NCBI GenBank assembly: GCA_965153455.1
Contig: OZ234494.1
Span: 8,866,001-8,930,000, forward strand
Length of the DNA stretch: 64,000 bases
Direction of reading: 5' to 3'
Source: Sphagnum compactum
Taxonomy: Eukaryota
Below, in pieces: positions 1 to 13,800 of this stretch. How positions within the stretch are numbered: position 1 is the stretch's first letter; each line of letters starts with the position of its first letter. Under the pieces are notes generated by a model. It searched no databases, was not told the origin of the DNA, and was given only the letters and a program-made list of their open reading frames with translations. A program made the position numbers and the translations under genes.

Positions 1-1091
1 ATCAAAGTTGGTTCCTACTCCTCACATCATAAGAGATCACAAGCAAGCAAAAGGATGGAACATTTTTGTCTTTCAAGTGGGTAGTAGAGGGAGAGAACAA
101 ATTGAAGGATCTATTTTTGTGTCAGCGTACTTTGAGGTAGATGATAGCACACACTTCAGCTGAAGAGGCACAAGAATAAGAAAGGGCACAGATTGCATTA
201 GCTGAGAAACAAGCAAAGGAGTTTCAAGAGAGGCGACATAGAAGAGATTATTTGCTGCATATTCCTCTCACACTGGTCACCACTCCATGTGGTTTAAACA
301 TCAGCATGTGTTTAGTTTGACTGCAGCAAAAAGATCTGCAGCAGCAGAGATCTCTTGTTGTATACTCTGTCATTAGCTGTTAAAAGAGAGAAGAAAAAAC
401 CAGCATCATCAACTGTGACCTTAACTAAGCCTTCAAACAAGTGCCCAGGGTTTCAATGCAAGACTCCAAACAGAAAGCATGGTACTCAAATTGATTTGTA
501 AGCCTTCCCTCCTATCAAGCTTACCATCAGTGTTTTATACTTCTCCTATACATGCATCTTTCTGTGTCTTAGGAGTTTGGAGCACCACCTTCTCACTGTG
601 TGCTGTACTTATTGCATCATCCAGAAGCAAAAATTAAATTTGGAATTCATATCGATTCTCTTCAGCCAGCAATTTGCAAGGTGTTGTGTATAAGGCTGAC
701 AAATTCTTGCTACTTTGTAATTCTTGTCCAGATCTGCACTAACAATCAGTTGGAAAGACACACTGCTTGTTTTGACTATAGAATACCTTGCTTGCGTTTG
801 AACACATGGTTGTACTGTTCAACACTCAGACAAAGATGCAACATTTCAGATGCTGCTACCTGCTGAAGATGCAGACTTTACCCCAATGTGTCCAAATCAT
901 TTTGGCAGAACTCAGTTTTAGGGATAGATCATTGCCAGAAACGATCACATCAAGCCGTCAATGTAATGTGTAAAGTCTCCATTGATGGAAATCCAGAACA
1001 TCAAATGCGTATCTCTTGAATCTTCTACCCATCCCATATGCTGGTCTCAAGGATTGAAAGAACAATGAACATCTTTTTTTGCTATAGACAG

Positions 1092-1232
1092 GTGTTTGTG
1101 ACAGACAAAAAGAAGAAATCTTATGGGTTGAAGGATAAACCAAACAGCATCAAGAAGGTATTGACTCAGGAGCTGAAAGCCATCAATCTAGGTGAACGAG
1201 TAATCTTTGTGGGCACCACCAGCAATCCTCAG
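1092..1232 (+). pseudogene. Isolated exon resembling the AAA domain of IQCA1/DRC11 (dynein regulatory complex subunit 11)
   Basis: AG/GT-bounded 141-nt exon translating VFVTDKKKKSYGLKDKPNSIKKVLTQELKAINLGERVIFVGTTSNPQ, which resembles the post-Walker-B segment of IQCA1/DRC11 as I recall it. The neighbouring exon-like pieces do not continue the protein. Confidence 0.45.
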
Positions 1233-1736
1233 GTGCAGTGCTATTTGATGTTTGCATTTCCTTCATAGCATCATTCATGTTCTTTCTGCAATTCTTTTGA
1301 GAACAAATGTGATGGTCAGGGAAACAAGAAGTCTGTGAAGAAACAAAGTAGGGTAAGACTTCTTTTGCTGAATGTTGGTCCAATTTCCATCACTGCTGAC
1401 CTTGTCCCTACATCCCATGAAAGAAGCATACTTGAAATGTTTACAGGTGACAAGGGTGAAATTGGAGGTCAAAACAGTTGTGGATCATCCCTACAAATTC
1501 AATCCCATGGATCCTGCACTTCACCTCGTTGCCAAGGTACACAAATCCCTTTGATTGATCAGGTTGAAAAGGTAACATGCTTGCAAAAATACATGGTCCA
1601 CTCATAAACATGGCTTTAAAACCAAGATGGTGTGAATGAACAAATGCAGGCCATCCTGAATCAGCATCTTATCCAGTGCCTCGCTCACAACCAATGACTA
1701 ATTAGAAAGCATTCCTACACAGAATCAATAAAACTC

Positions 1737-4700
1737 CTAACGATGGCCATGGGACACCCATGTGCTGCCCGGCTCTCTAGACTCACGTGTGCTATTCCAC
1801 TGCGGTGGAGATGGCCAGCTTGCACAGCTACTATCATTCCCAGAGTGGGCTTCCCAACCCTCTCCTCCTCTCTGGTTTTCACTGGAAAGGTGTCTGCTGT
1901 GGGCTCTTGAATTATATGTGTGCTCACCTTCCCAACAATGGCCACCTTGGTTTTGAGTTGCAAAGTTTGCTCTCAACTCATGCCTATGGTGACTTCTGCC
2001 TCCAAAATATGTTCCAGGTCTTGAGTCATACATGTAGTGATTTGTCTTGAAACCACTAGGGCCTTGTTCAGATTCATTTGCCCAGCCATGTTTGGGTACA
2101 AATCTTGTGGTGGCAAAATTTGCCCACCCATCAACCTGGCCTTCAACAGTGGGGCCTCCCCAACTAGCTCCATCTTCCCTATTTTCCATGGTGAAGTTTG
2201 AACCATCTTGCACTTGCTCTTCAGTGCTACAGCCCCCCCAACTACCTCCACTTCCCTTGTTTTCCATGGTGAAATTATCCCAACCATGTCGTATCTCATC
2301 TGCACTGCTGGTGACCTCCCAACTACCTCCACCTGCTCTATTTTCCACTTTGAAGTCTGCCCAACTGTCCTGTTCTTGGTCCTGTTCTTCAACAGACGGG
2401 TGCCCCCAAATTACACCTCCATCTGCGTGATCTTTGTTGGCAGGGATCCTCCAACTCTCTCTACCTCTGTTACTGTGTCGCTGAGACGGTGCATGTTTGA
2501 CATTGGCATTCCGTTCATACTGTCCCCTGTAATGTTCATACCTCCTTTCACCAGTAATGTCCCTCTGACACCTCCATTCAACCGAAGTGTTGTGTGCACC
2601 ATTCCAGTATGGTGGGGAGGGCCGATTCCAATGGCCACTACCATGCTCAAAATAGTGTCCCCAACTCCTGCCTCTTCCATGCCAGTTGCTTCTGCCTCGA
2701 GGTGCATCCCAGTCTCTCCTTTTGTCCATCTGATGCCCTCCCCTAGCCTCAACAGACCTCCTGCGCTGATAAAACTCCCCATCACGTTGGTGAACTCTAT
2801 CCGACCTTACAAGGCTGCCTTCCCTATCAACCAGAGGTTCACCTCTAGGCAGTGGAGGTACAAATGAAGCATCTGATTCTCTGTGGCCTTCCATGTGTTG
2901 ACATCCCCCAGTCTTTCCAGATCTCTTACAGTGGATAGACTCACCATGTTGGTAGTCTCTATCCCATCTGACCTGGCTTCCTTCCCTATCAATCTGAGAT
3001 CCACCTTGAGCTGATAGAGATACATCATACTGCTCCTCAAAACGATCCCAGCCATCATTTTCAGCCTCTCTATCCCACTCACTATTTGGTTGTCCACCCC
3101 AGTTCTTATCATCTACTGTCCTTGGACTGTGACCCCATTGTTCACCAGAATAGCCATCAGCCACTCTGTCCCACTCACCCTTGGGTTGTTTTTCTTGAGG
3201 TGGTAGAGGCACATTCAGTGCAGAACACTGCTTGTTAAAATGATCCCAGCCAGCACTTTCCACCTCCCTGTCCCATTCCCTCTTGAGTTGTTCACCCCAC
3301 CTCTCATCATCAACTGTCGTTGCACTGTGACCCCGCTGTTCACCAGAATAGCTATCAGCCACTCTGTCCCACTCACCATTGGATTGTTCTTCTCGAGGTG
3401 GTAGAGGCACATTCAGTGCTGCATATTGCTTGTTAAAATGATCCCAACCAGCACTTCCCACCTCTCTGTCCCACACACTCTTGGGTTGTTCACCCCACCT
3501 CTCATCAGCTACTGTCCTTGGACTGTAACCCCACTTTTCACCAGAATAGCCGTTGGCCCCTCTGTCCTGCTCATTCTTGGGTTGTTTACCCCACTTCCCA
3601 TCATCTACTGTCCTTGGACTGTGACTCCACTGCTCACCAGAATAGCAGTCAGCCACCCCGTCCCACTTCCGATTGTTTACTGTCCTTCGACTGTGACCCC
3701 ACTGTTCACCAGAGTGGCTGTTGTCCTCTCTGTCCCACCCATGCTTCAGTCGTTTACCCAATCTCTCCTCAGCTACTGGTCTTGGACTATAACTCCACTT
3801 TTCATCAGGATAGATTTCTTCGAGTTGACATACAGGACTAGAGAGCCTACTCTTTTTAGAGCTCTCACGGGCAATAATATCATCCCCCAGTAGTGTTGAA
3901 TTGGAAGCCACATTTGATTCTCTGTTAACTGACTCTGGTTGACCTGCACCAATTAGACCACTGTAAACCTGCCAGAGTGGGCTTGCTGCTGTGATGCTTG
4001 GCTCACCTATGGGGTTCTTCTCCACATATGCCTGCACATCCTCTGCATCTCGAAGTCCCTCCAAATATTGCCGCAGTGCCCCACCTATAAAACCAGCCTC
4101 ACTCCTAAGATTCCTGAATTTATTGAAAGCAAACCATAAATCAATTGTCAAAGTTTTTCAACCTGTCCTTCACTGATATGAAATCCCTGCAGGGCCTGAA
4201 CTAAGACAAATATGGTGTGATGCCATGAAATTTCAACATCCTTAACCAAGACCATAGGAAAGATGCAACACAGCCTGACAGCAAGCTTTCAGCATGACCT
4301 CATACCTAAAAAGTTGTCATCAGATTCATGTCCTGTATATGTCTGAGGAAAAATGGCTGTACTTGGCTGCACAGGTACAGGTATACAGCAGTCAATTGAT
4401 GACTGTTGAAAATCGGTAGAAAGACAAGAAGACATCATCTACCTTGCCCAAAAAATCTGTCTATGTTGAAATCTGAATGTCAGCTAAGCAACAAGACCTT
4501 AATTGTAAGGAACATAAATTGTAAGCAGAAGTTCCTAAATGTTTCAGACCTTACAAAATACAGCAAACAATGATATGGTACTCACAGGATTTTTTAGGGC
4601 TTTGTATGGGGAATCGTCCACAAGGAGGCAGTTTGAGGGTCCATATTCTCCAGGCTTGAAAGTTGCCCATAACTTTGACAACTCTTTCAGAAACACAGGT

Positions 4701-6297
4701 TTATGCTTTTTGGCAGGATGCTTGACCCCAGTCAACGTGCAGTGTGTTTGATGCTGCAGAATCACCAACAGCAGCAGATGCAATCAACCTTCAAGGTCAA
4801 CAAATTAACTTCATTGGAAACTTTGCAATCAAAGTGCCCAGTCCATGGTCTCACATGACATGTACTGAAAGACATAACAGCCCCAGAATGCAACATGAAC
4901 AAACATGACAAACAGGAGTCTGAGATCACATGATTGCTCAATAAACAATAACACCTCCAAAATCCAATGTTCCTGTGTCCATTGCATCAATGAATATTAC
5001 CCAGGAAAATGCAAGCTGATGTCTCAAATCCTTGAACACAAACTCCACCAGATTATTCACATTGAACCTACACAGGCATGGCAGTGCATTCACATGGCAG
5101 AAGATTACACTACAAGAACAGATTTGTGAGAATCTTAACATTTGAAAGGTAAGCACAAGCTTGCAGCTTCACTATTCCAATAGTCCTATTGCAACCAACA
5201 GTAAGTACAGTAGGGCAAACTTGATAGTACGTCAAGTTGTCAACACACACCTACCTTCAGCATCCACTAGAAGGCACTCTTGAAAAAACTTGCAGTTGGG
5301 CATAAGCAATTTTGAAGCTGGTGACAGACATTCTGATTACATTTCCAAACCACACAGTAGTGTGCTACAATACTGCTGATGGATCCCAGTAAAGAGAAAT
5401 AGCACCACCGGTGAACAGATAGATAGAAACATCAAAACTACAACAAACCTTTAGATCAAACAAATGCCTTTGAACCAACTGACACTGAGAAAGCAAGGAG
5501 GAGGAGAACTCACTCTCGTGCTGAGGACCAAATTCCAACCGTGAAATTCTCCAGGCAAAACAGCACAAACTCTTCACAAAATGGCCTCTTGTACACTGTG
5601 GAAAAAAGCCACACAAACACAAAACCTAAGTCCCCAGTTACCTGAAACAGAACTACTTCCAACAGGTGGTAACACACTGAGAGTAGGTCCCAATTCTCAG
5701 ATCAGATTCAAACACTGAAGAATACCACAAAGGATACAGAATCCAGTGAAGGGATCGAATGGATCAGCATCAGCACATGGAATTCCCTGCAAGTAATAAC
5801 AAGTACATTCTACCGAATCCTGCTACGCATAGATTCTAGTGTTAGAAAGAAGAGACTCAGTCATGAACCCTTTTCCTTCCCGATGGAGAATCAGTTACGG
5901 ACTACCACCGTTGCTGCACCGCAACTAACTGCTGGAAAAGAGATAACAAAGAGCAGCCAGCAGCTGTAAACAAACCAAACGCACAAATCCTTCCACAGAA
6001 AAGGGGAAAAAAACCAACAACCGCGATGGAGAAGAAAAAGAGCAACAAAACGTTACCGTAGAAGTTGCCGAGCTTCACGTGATGAGGTTCAGGAGGTAAG
6101 GCCTCCTGCTTGTGGTAAGTAGCCACCAGCAGTCCATTCACGTCCAGAACCAGCAATTTCTTCTTCTTCGCAGGCGCGGATACCATGGCCGGCATAACCT
6201 CCTCCTCCTCCTCCTCATCCACGTCGCTAGCTCCTCCTCCGTCGTTACGCATTTCCGTAGCATTCTCCACACCGCTACCTCCTCCCTCGTTAAGCAT
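1737..6297 (-). CDS. FCP1-homology (NIF/HAD-superfamily) phosphatase-like protein with a long WG/GW-rich C-terminal extension
   Basis: Six exons with GT-AG boundaries and matching phases: 6297-6057, 5595-5514, 5067-5001, 4753-4586, 4366-4306, 4084-1737. Motifs are KKKLLVLDVNGLL, VYKRPFCEEFVLFC...VGIWSSA, PVFLKELSKLW, LLVDDSPYKALKNP, AIFPQTY and LRQYLEGL...DVQAYVEKNPIG. Confidence 0.9.
3040..3800 (-). repeat. Coding tandem repeats in the FCP1-like tail (66-aa units and shorter YSGEQWGHSPRTVDD-like units)
   Basis: WDREVGSAGWDHFNKQ...LNVPLPP recurs at ~198-nt spacing; SGEQWGHSPRTV-type units recur about six times. Confidence 0.85.
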
Positions 6298-6540
6298 GTC
6301 AGCATCCACGAACCTCAAGCTGTTCCACACATTCGTCGCGAGCTAGAGAGAGAGACACACACAGTCCACGAGGAGAGAGAAAGAGAATAGACGCAAATCA
6401 GTAGCAGCAGGAGAAAGCAGACTACTGTGAAGCGAGCAATAGCAATTTCCTCACTCGGAGGTCAAGTAACCACAACTGCTGCGTTTACTATCTCCATTTC
6501 CAAACGCCAGCCAGAGAGCGTCACAACAGAGCGAACAGCA

Positions 6541-6549
6541 AAACCCTAA
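6541..6549. promoter_or_regulatory. Telo-box AAACCCTAA upstream of the FCP1-like gene
   Basis: Exact AAACCCTAA ~245 bp upstream of the ATG at 6297. The motif is short and could occur by chance. Confidence 0.3.
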
Positions 6550-7688
6550 CGATTGCTCCTTAGTCTTCATCAGCAAACGGCTTTTTGGTGGTGCTAGAAC
6601 TAGGACCAGTTGAGTTGGTGATACCTTGGTCAGCCAAGCCACTGGAGTGAATTCAAGAGAATTGCAAATTAGCAAAGCATCTCTGCCAGATCTTTCTATT
6701 TTACTGTGCTTTCTAGTCTCTATGAAGGAGGATTCAGGCAATAAGCTGCATTTCTAATCAAAATTGGAAAATACAATGGCTACAGAATCAAAAGAGCATG
6801 TGCCCTTTCTGCCTCTTCAGATCAATTTGTACAATAAATGCAGTTTTTGACACAACATATGACATTCAGGTTATTTGCTAGTAGTCTTCACACATAAAAT
6901 GTCCATGTGTGGTTGTGTGTGTCAAGAATGGAAGCTCAGCTTTACCACCAGTCTCACACAGAGAGTTGACCAGATGGGGATTCAGGACATTGACAAGGAT
7001 GGGAAAGATATTTTCTAATGCAGGTTTGTCGTACAACAAGAACAGATGTGCATCTGAGAAAGGAACCTGACACACATGGACTGTTGAACAGATAGGGAAG
7101 CTCCACTCCATGGAGGCTTGTAGTCCTGGTCAACTCCAGTTCAGCCAAGATGGTTGTGTAACAGCTGCAGGACACTCTTTATTGCTGCAGCTACTAGGAC
7201 AAAATGTACAAGCAGCAGACTCAATGAAGGTAATGGATGGTCTTCCACCACCTTTCAAACAAAATTGGCCACAATTGAAGCACTTGAGAGGAGATTTGTC
7301 AATAGAATGGCTTTGCACCAGAACTGATGGCTCCAATCCAAAGACTTTTTGCTCACATGAGTTTACATTACACACAAGGCAGGACATACAAAACCAGAGT
7401 ACAACCTTGTAGAAACAGGAAACACCCTCTTGTGCATTCAGTAGACCATGGGGGTGCAACAGGGTGATGATTCCACCTTATACTATCTGCTGAAGCAGCA
7501 ATGCAGACTTCTCCTGAAATTCTAGCAAAGTTTCTTTTACTACCACTGTGCAAGACACAGTACTACTGCTGGAGAGCCACAGAGAAAGAGAGATCCCTGG
7601 TCTGTATATATAACAACAGTCAAGCACTGGCATCCCTATGGTTTGCAGAGACTAGAATTGCTGAGTTCTATGAAGCAATAGATCAACC

Positions 7689-9021
7689 TTAGCTAGCTTG
7701 GTTCAGCGGATTGTCAGGCGATTTTTTCCATAATTTCCAAAGCATGTCTTTGTATTGAGTGTGTGTAAGGCCTGGCTTCTCCTGCTTTAGCACAGGCATT
7801 TCCGCTTCCTCAAAAGCCTGCAAAAGCCAACATTAAGATTCCACTTGCTTGTACATATTGACCAGTTCTCAAATATCAAATACAAGTCCTGATTCCAACT
7901 TCCAACTATTTCCCTTGGTGTATTGGATTTGCATTAGGTAACCAGGGAAGGAAAACAGAGAATCTTCCAACTACAGACCTATGAAAGAGGTGAGAAGAGA
8001 ATGGGAGCACCTTGAAGGAGGCTTTGAGCCTGCGTTCAGGGTGGCGGTCTGCAGGTAGTTCAGGAGCAGAAATGCTGCTCATCTGAGCCAGTGCAGTATC
8101 TAGACCATGAGCATCCACAATGTCATCATCACGATTGCTGTTGGCCACAGACACCAGACACTCATACTCATCCTCGTGAGCAGTGCGACTCTCACGCAAC
8201 TTGGCAGCTTGAGCTTGTGCTTGCAATTGTTGCTGCTCCTCTTCCTTTCTCTTTGCCAACTCTGCTGCTGTCACCTGTGTACAGCAATACCCAGTCAAAC
8301 CCGTGCATAAACAAAACATTGTACACAGCAGAATTTGAAAAAAATATGTACCAGCACTGTACTACTGCATGACTAATTGCAGTTGATTCTTCTGCCAATC
8401 CTCCAGACTTTGTCTCATGGAAAACTCGAGTGCTTTACCTAGGTAGCACAATTGCTTAAGACTCTAAAATGGTGGACACGAACTGCAACTGCATGCTTCA
8501 TGAAGATTAGAGCTGAAGGTGCTGCTGCCAAGCATTCTAATGACTGAAAGTGACACTCTATCAACAAGCATTGAGCATGCCAAAAGTCGTTCAGAATTTT
8601 GCTGCCTCAACGAACAATTGAATGAGCAAGGGCACACCATCCCAAACCCTAATCCTAAGCCTAAGAAGCAGCACGGGTACTGTACTAAAGGAAGAGAATG
8701 GAAAGCATGTTGCTTGTGTACCTTGGGCACAGGAACTGCCACCCGAGTGGCCTTCTTGTCAACACGTTTTCCGTACTGTGCAAGCTCATTTTCCTCCTGC
8801 TCTGCCAACTTCTTGGCCTCAGCACGTTTGGCAGCTGCTTCTGTGCGGCGCATGGCATCCTCGCTTTTCTTCTTCTCAGCCTTAGACAAGGGACCCTCAG
8901 CATCTTTCCAGAAAGTTTCCTGCCGCTGCCGCTCTTCCTCAACCTTCTTTTGTGTCTGTGCTTCCATTTTGCGACTCCGTGCCTCCTCTGCCTTGCTGTT
9001 GGTGCTCATCTTCTTGGGCAT
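7689..9021 (-). CDS. CCDC124: Coiled-coil domain-containing protein 124 / Lso2 homolog (ribosome hibernation factor family)
   Basis: Exons 9021-8722, 8274-8011 and 7817-7689 with GT-AG boundaries. Translation includes MPKKMSTNSKAEEARSRK, DRHPERRLKASFKAFEEAEMPVLKQEKPGLTHTQYKDMLWKLWKKSPDNPLNQ. There is a probable 5'UTR intron at 9654-9041. Confidence 0.93.
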
Positions 9022-9592
9022 CTTGACTGATGATGATCCCCTGAGAATCAACACTTTCTGCTATTTTCTGACTCCTTTTCTTTGGCTCTTTTTTTGTTTC
9101 ACCAACCTCTTTGCTTGCTTCACAAATTCTGATGAATCCACAAAACACCCCACAAAAACCATTCTCCTTCAGGTGGATCAAAAAAGAAATTGAATTGAAT
9201 TAAGTTAAGCACTCTCAAGAACTCACTGCTCGACTACACATAGTAGACACACTCCTGGTGGAGAAATACCAACAAAAGGGGCATCATCGGCTAGTTTCCC
9301 TCTCAGGATCGTGCACAACACTTTAGGGTTTAGAGTCCCAAACCTATACAATTGTGACGATTCCACGGTTTCGGGTTTTCGTCGATTCCTGAAATCGTCA
9401 AGTTGAGCAAAGGTGAGAGATGGCACTTCTACACTCGCGCAGATTGTCAAAATCCGTCTTCCAGGAGCATCTATGATCAAAACTCTTATCCAGGATTGCG
9501 ATCTGAACAGTCGAAAACTCAAGGCTCAAGCAGGAATAAAGGCATTAAAAACCATCAACATAAAAGAGTGTCGACCGTCATAACACCTGCAC

Positions 9593-9654
9593 AGAGAGAG
9601 ACACAGAGAGAGAGAGAGAGAGAGAGAGACACACACACACACACACACACACAC
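9593..9654. repeat. Compound (AG)n(AC)n microsatellite at the start of the putative 5'UTR intron of CCDC124
   Basis: Directly visible; abuts a minus-strand CAG|GT donor at 9655/9654. Confidence 0.95.
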
Positions 9655-10485
9655 CTGGGTCTTCAGCAAACCCTCGACTTCGCTCGCTTGATGGAGTACA
9701 AGCTTCCGAGAGAAAAAAACCTAAATCCCGGAATTCAACCCTCCTGCCGAAATTCGTACGTCCCAGGGTCGACAAGACGGGAAAGAGCAAACTTGTGTCG
9801 TCTCCAAGAAGGGTAGGAGAACGAAAGGACGCTTGGCAAGAGGGAGCAACGCAAATGAATGTGTTGCGTTTGCGTCCGCTGGCCTGCAATGTTTCTTTTC
9901 TTTTGTCAATTTTGTGATTGGTAGCCAAAGTGGCGATGATCCGCATAAAGATTTAGCCAAATCTGGCTACAAGATAAATATAGAAATAGTTCTCTTTAAA
10001 AAAAACCCTTCTACATTTTTTTGCTACCTACTTCAACCATGTCTAGAAATTTGGTTAGTTTTCTTCTTTTCTAATTCTCCCCATTGAAATTCTTTAAAAG
10101 CACTTGATTTTAGCAGTTTTCATTTTTAATGTAGCTTTCTGGCTATATATATAGCCAGCGAAAAAAGAAAAAGGCCGGCTGGCTCAAGCAAGCATTTATT
10201 CATTACTCAGTCAGCGAGAGACCGATGATGTTTCGATGTCATGAGCCGGATGAATGAGTAAGTATCCTCTATCCTTCTTTCTTGTGGGGTTCTTAAATCT
10301 AGGGATGCGTCAAATGACTGGAACCATGGAAGGACGACGGATGGAAAAGTTTTCTGAAAATGAAATTAAAAACAAAGTGCACAAGTACTGTGCTAGAACC
10401 CTGGCTGTAAACAGCTACCATCACAAGTAATGTGCTAGAACCCTGTCTGTAAACACCTACCATTACCATTACGCATAGAACTGTT

Positions 10486-10862
10486 AGTTCACTCAAGATA
10501 ACCAAAACAACAAACTCAGACCACCTAATTCAAAATAACGGTCCCTTTCTAGTATTTTCATTGGTTCTCTAAAATTCTTGCAACCTACCAAACCCTATTA
10601 CACGTTTTAATTGTTCTTAGTTCACTCAAGATAGCTAAGCAAATAAATTCAGACCAACCAACCCAACCGAGCAATCCAATTAACTTGAAAAAAAAAATCT
10701 TTAAGCCTACACACAATCCTATTCTACTCAACATTGAAAATAATAGTCCTTTTATCATTTCCATTGGCCCTCTAAAATTCTCACAAATCTATCAAACCCT
10801 ATTATGCATTTCACTCTTAATTCACTCAAGATAACTAGAAAAATAATTCAGATCACCAAATC
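10486..10862. repeat. Degenerate tandem repeat of about 130-200 bp (three copies of TTCACTCAAGATA...CAGACCA)
   Basis: The motif recurs near 10487, 10620 and 10821 with similar downstream sequence. Confidence 0.7.
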
Positions 10863-13800
10863 CAGTAATTTTCATAGGCATTAACATTTATTTTTCTTGG
10901 CGCCTATGTACACACCTACTCAACACCCTCTATATACACTACCACTATAACCCTTCTGTGTACACAGACAGGGCTAACAAAATTAGACAAGAGAGAGATA
11001 AATTCTTTAAGGTTTAGTGAATTCACATACAAACAAGGTTAGCAAAAATAGACAAAAGACAGAGAACTTTTTTAGGGTTTGATGAATTCAACCCATTTTC
11101 ACAGTCACAGTGGATGGACAGCCAGAATGTGTGGAGATTTTGAGATGATGGCAACGATCTTGACTCCGATCAAGAGACCATCTTTGTGGCTTCAGTGTTT
11201 TGGATGCACAAAATGCAGAGATAGGTTATTTATTCCTACATGTTAATTCTTGTGAGCTGACAACATAATTTTCTTTGTGAATTTATCAACTTTCATTTGA
11301 ATTTTTGTTTTTCTTAGCAAAAATTCACAATATTTTGACCTGAATATTGGGCTAGCAAATCCGAAAAGGGTTTTTGATTTTTTTTAAATGAACCCAAATT
11401 GCAAAACTCTACTCTCTTAAAAAAAAACTTTTGGTGTTACCATAATGAAAACAACAAGAGGACACATGGTATCTCCTCAAAGGAAAATCATGATTCTTGT
11501 GACCTAGATTGTTAGATCTTTGCCCTAACGGCCATCAGTTTTATAACCCTAACCCCTTCCCTCAAACCCATTTTCACTAAATCCTCTCTCCCCTAAGAAC
11601 TTGTTTTTGCTTATGAATGTGCAAGACACAAGGTGCACACTACACACTACAACAAACTTTCAAAGTGACACTCACTCCTTAATGCGCATTGTGCACAAAA
11701 AATCTTAAGTCGATACTTTCAAATTGAATTATTGTTCAATGCTAACAAGGAAGGTGGTGGGGTGGCAACTCAACATTCAAGCTTCAAGAACAAAGCTTAG
11801 GCTCTATTCAGGGATAGATATTTGAATTTGGTTCTTTAAGTGCTTAGAGTTGACAATGTAATTTGTAGAAAGAAGAGATTGGAATGAAATGTTAAGGTGT
11901 TCAAACTTCAAGCATTCGAGCCATAATGCATGTTATGTCTATCTTGAATCCATATGACAACAACAATGGGTATGTCCCTTTGCCACGTAATATGTAAAGA
12001 TGTTTTTTAAGTTCATACAAAGTTCTTTTGTCTATGAATTTTTTAGATAGGCATGATTGATGTGTTTGCTTCTAAATGTTACTTGAGTGACTTTCAAAAA
12101 TCTTTGTGTTACAAGTTGTGTATGTGAAGTTTTAATTTGGGAAAATTGGGAAATAAATTTTGGTTTAAGGTTTGATCATAATAATTACATTGTGAAAAAA
12201 ATTATTCTTGGATTTTCGATCAATAAAATTTCCATGGTTCAATAATATTGACCCATGCTGTGGGATTCCCACACATCCTTGTTCTAAATTGTTCATGTTT
12301 GGGTGTGGGTTCAAGACATGTGTGACCATAGTTAAAAAGGAGCATTATGTAGTAGTTACAAATACATAATGTCAACACCTAGATTCAACATCTTCACCCA
12401 TAACCATTCGAAAATTTATTAGATGCACACAATCATGATAGGTAGCAACACCTTACTCTTAAGGTTAGTTTAATGACCCACTAAATTTGACAACATGTCT
12501 TCTATTTTTTAGCTTAAGATTACCAAGCATAGTTGTTGGGCTATGTCTAACAAAAAAATCCACTAAGTTACAATTCACAAAAATGGGTGTCTTCTAAATA
12601 TCTTGTTCATTTCACAATGTTTCAAGATTTTTATCTAATACCTTTGTAGTTTCAACTTTAGGGATTATCCATGTATGTCAATTTTGCAATAAACATTATT
12701 AGTCAAATTGTAAATACCTTAAATCATTTGGTACTGATTTGTTCTTTATTTATTTACTAGCAAAGTTTAATCTTGAATGTATTATATGTTCTTATTTTTG
12801 AGCATGAGGTTTTGGGCCAATCGAACGCTATTGAGAGTCATGTCACAACTTGATTGGATATTTTTTGGGATTTGTGACAAGAGCCAAATGTTTATTAAAA
12901 AAGATCACTACTAAAGGAATTGGAGTTTTTAAGCAAGCAAGCAAAGCTAGTTGTTGAAGTAATACATAATCATGAGGTCAAACTAAAAAAAAATCCTTAC
13001 ACCATTGTTTTTTTTGGCTAGAAGGGAAAAAGGTTGTTGGGTGAAAGCACAATATAATGACCCCCTTTCGTGCATTTTTTGGGTTTAGTATTATAATATA
13101 CACCTCCCAAAATGTGGTGTATTTAATTTTGGGTTTAATTTTTGGTGTTTAGGCCTTAAGGTTATGATTTTGACAAAGTTATAAAATATTATTTGAATAA
13201 ACAAATAAATATAATCATTGAAATTCACATAATCATCTAAGTATATTTATGATATAGATAATATAATAAAGTTCATTTCTCACTTCAAACTACATTAGAT
13301 ATTTGATTGCATTAATCATCCAAATCAATGTTTGAAATAGATTTTATTCATTTGCTCTACTTATGCAGTGCTTGTCACCTTCCATTTCAAAGTGATTATT
13401 TGTTGAATTTTCAATTTACCACAAATACTTAACATTAACACCTTGAAAAAACACCATTTTGTGAAATGAAAATTATCAAAATTTTCATAATGCGGTTAAT
13501 AAACATGGTTTAAGTATGTTGAATCACATGTGAAAATAGATATTCCAAATCTCATTAAGGTTTTAAATCATTTCAATAATTTTTGGATTATGTTTGTATT
13601 TTTCAACACACAATTACAAGTATTATTTTCATAAAAATATATTCCAATCCACCATGATATACATTTTTAAAAATTAATTCTATTTTTGGGTTATGTTCTA
13701 CCATAATATGCAAAAACATTGTGAAACTCCTTTTTAGTGTTGACACGGTTTTAATTCAAAAATAGCCACCTAGGAAAAGACTACAATGTGACTATATAAA

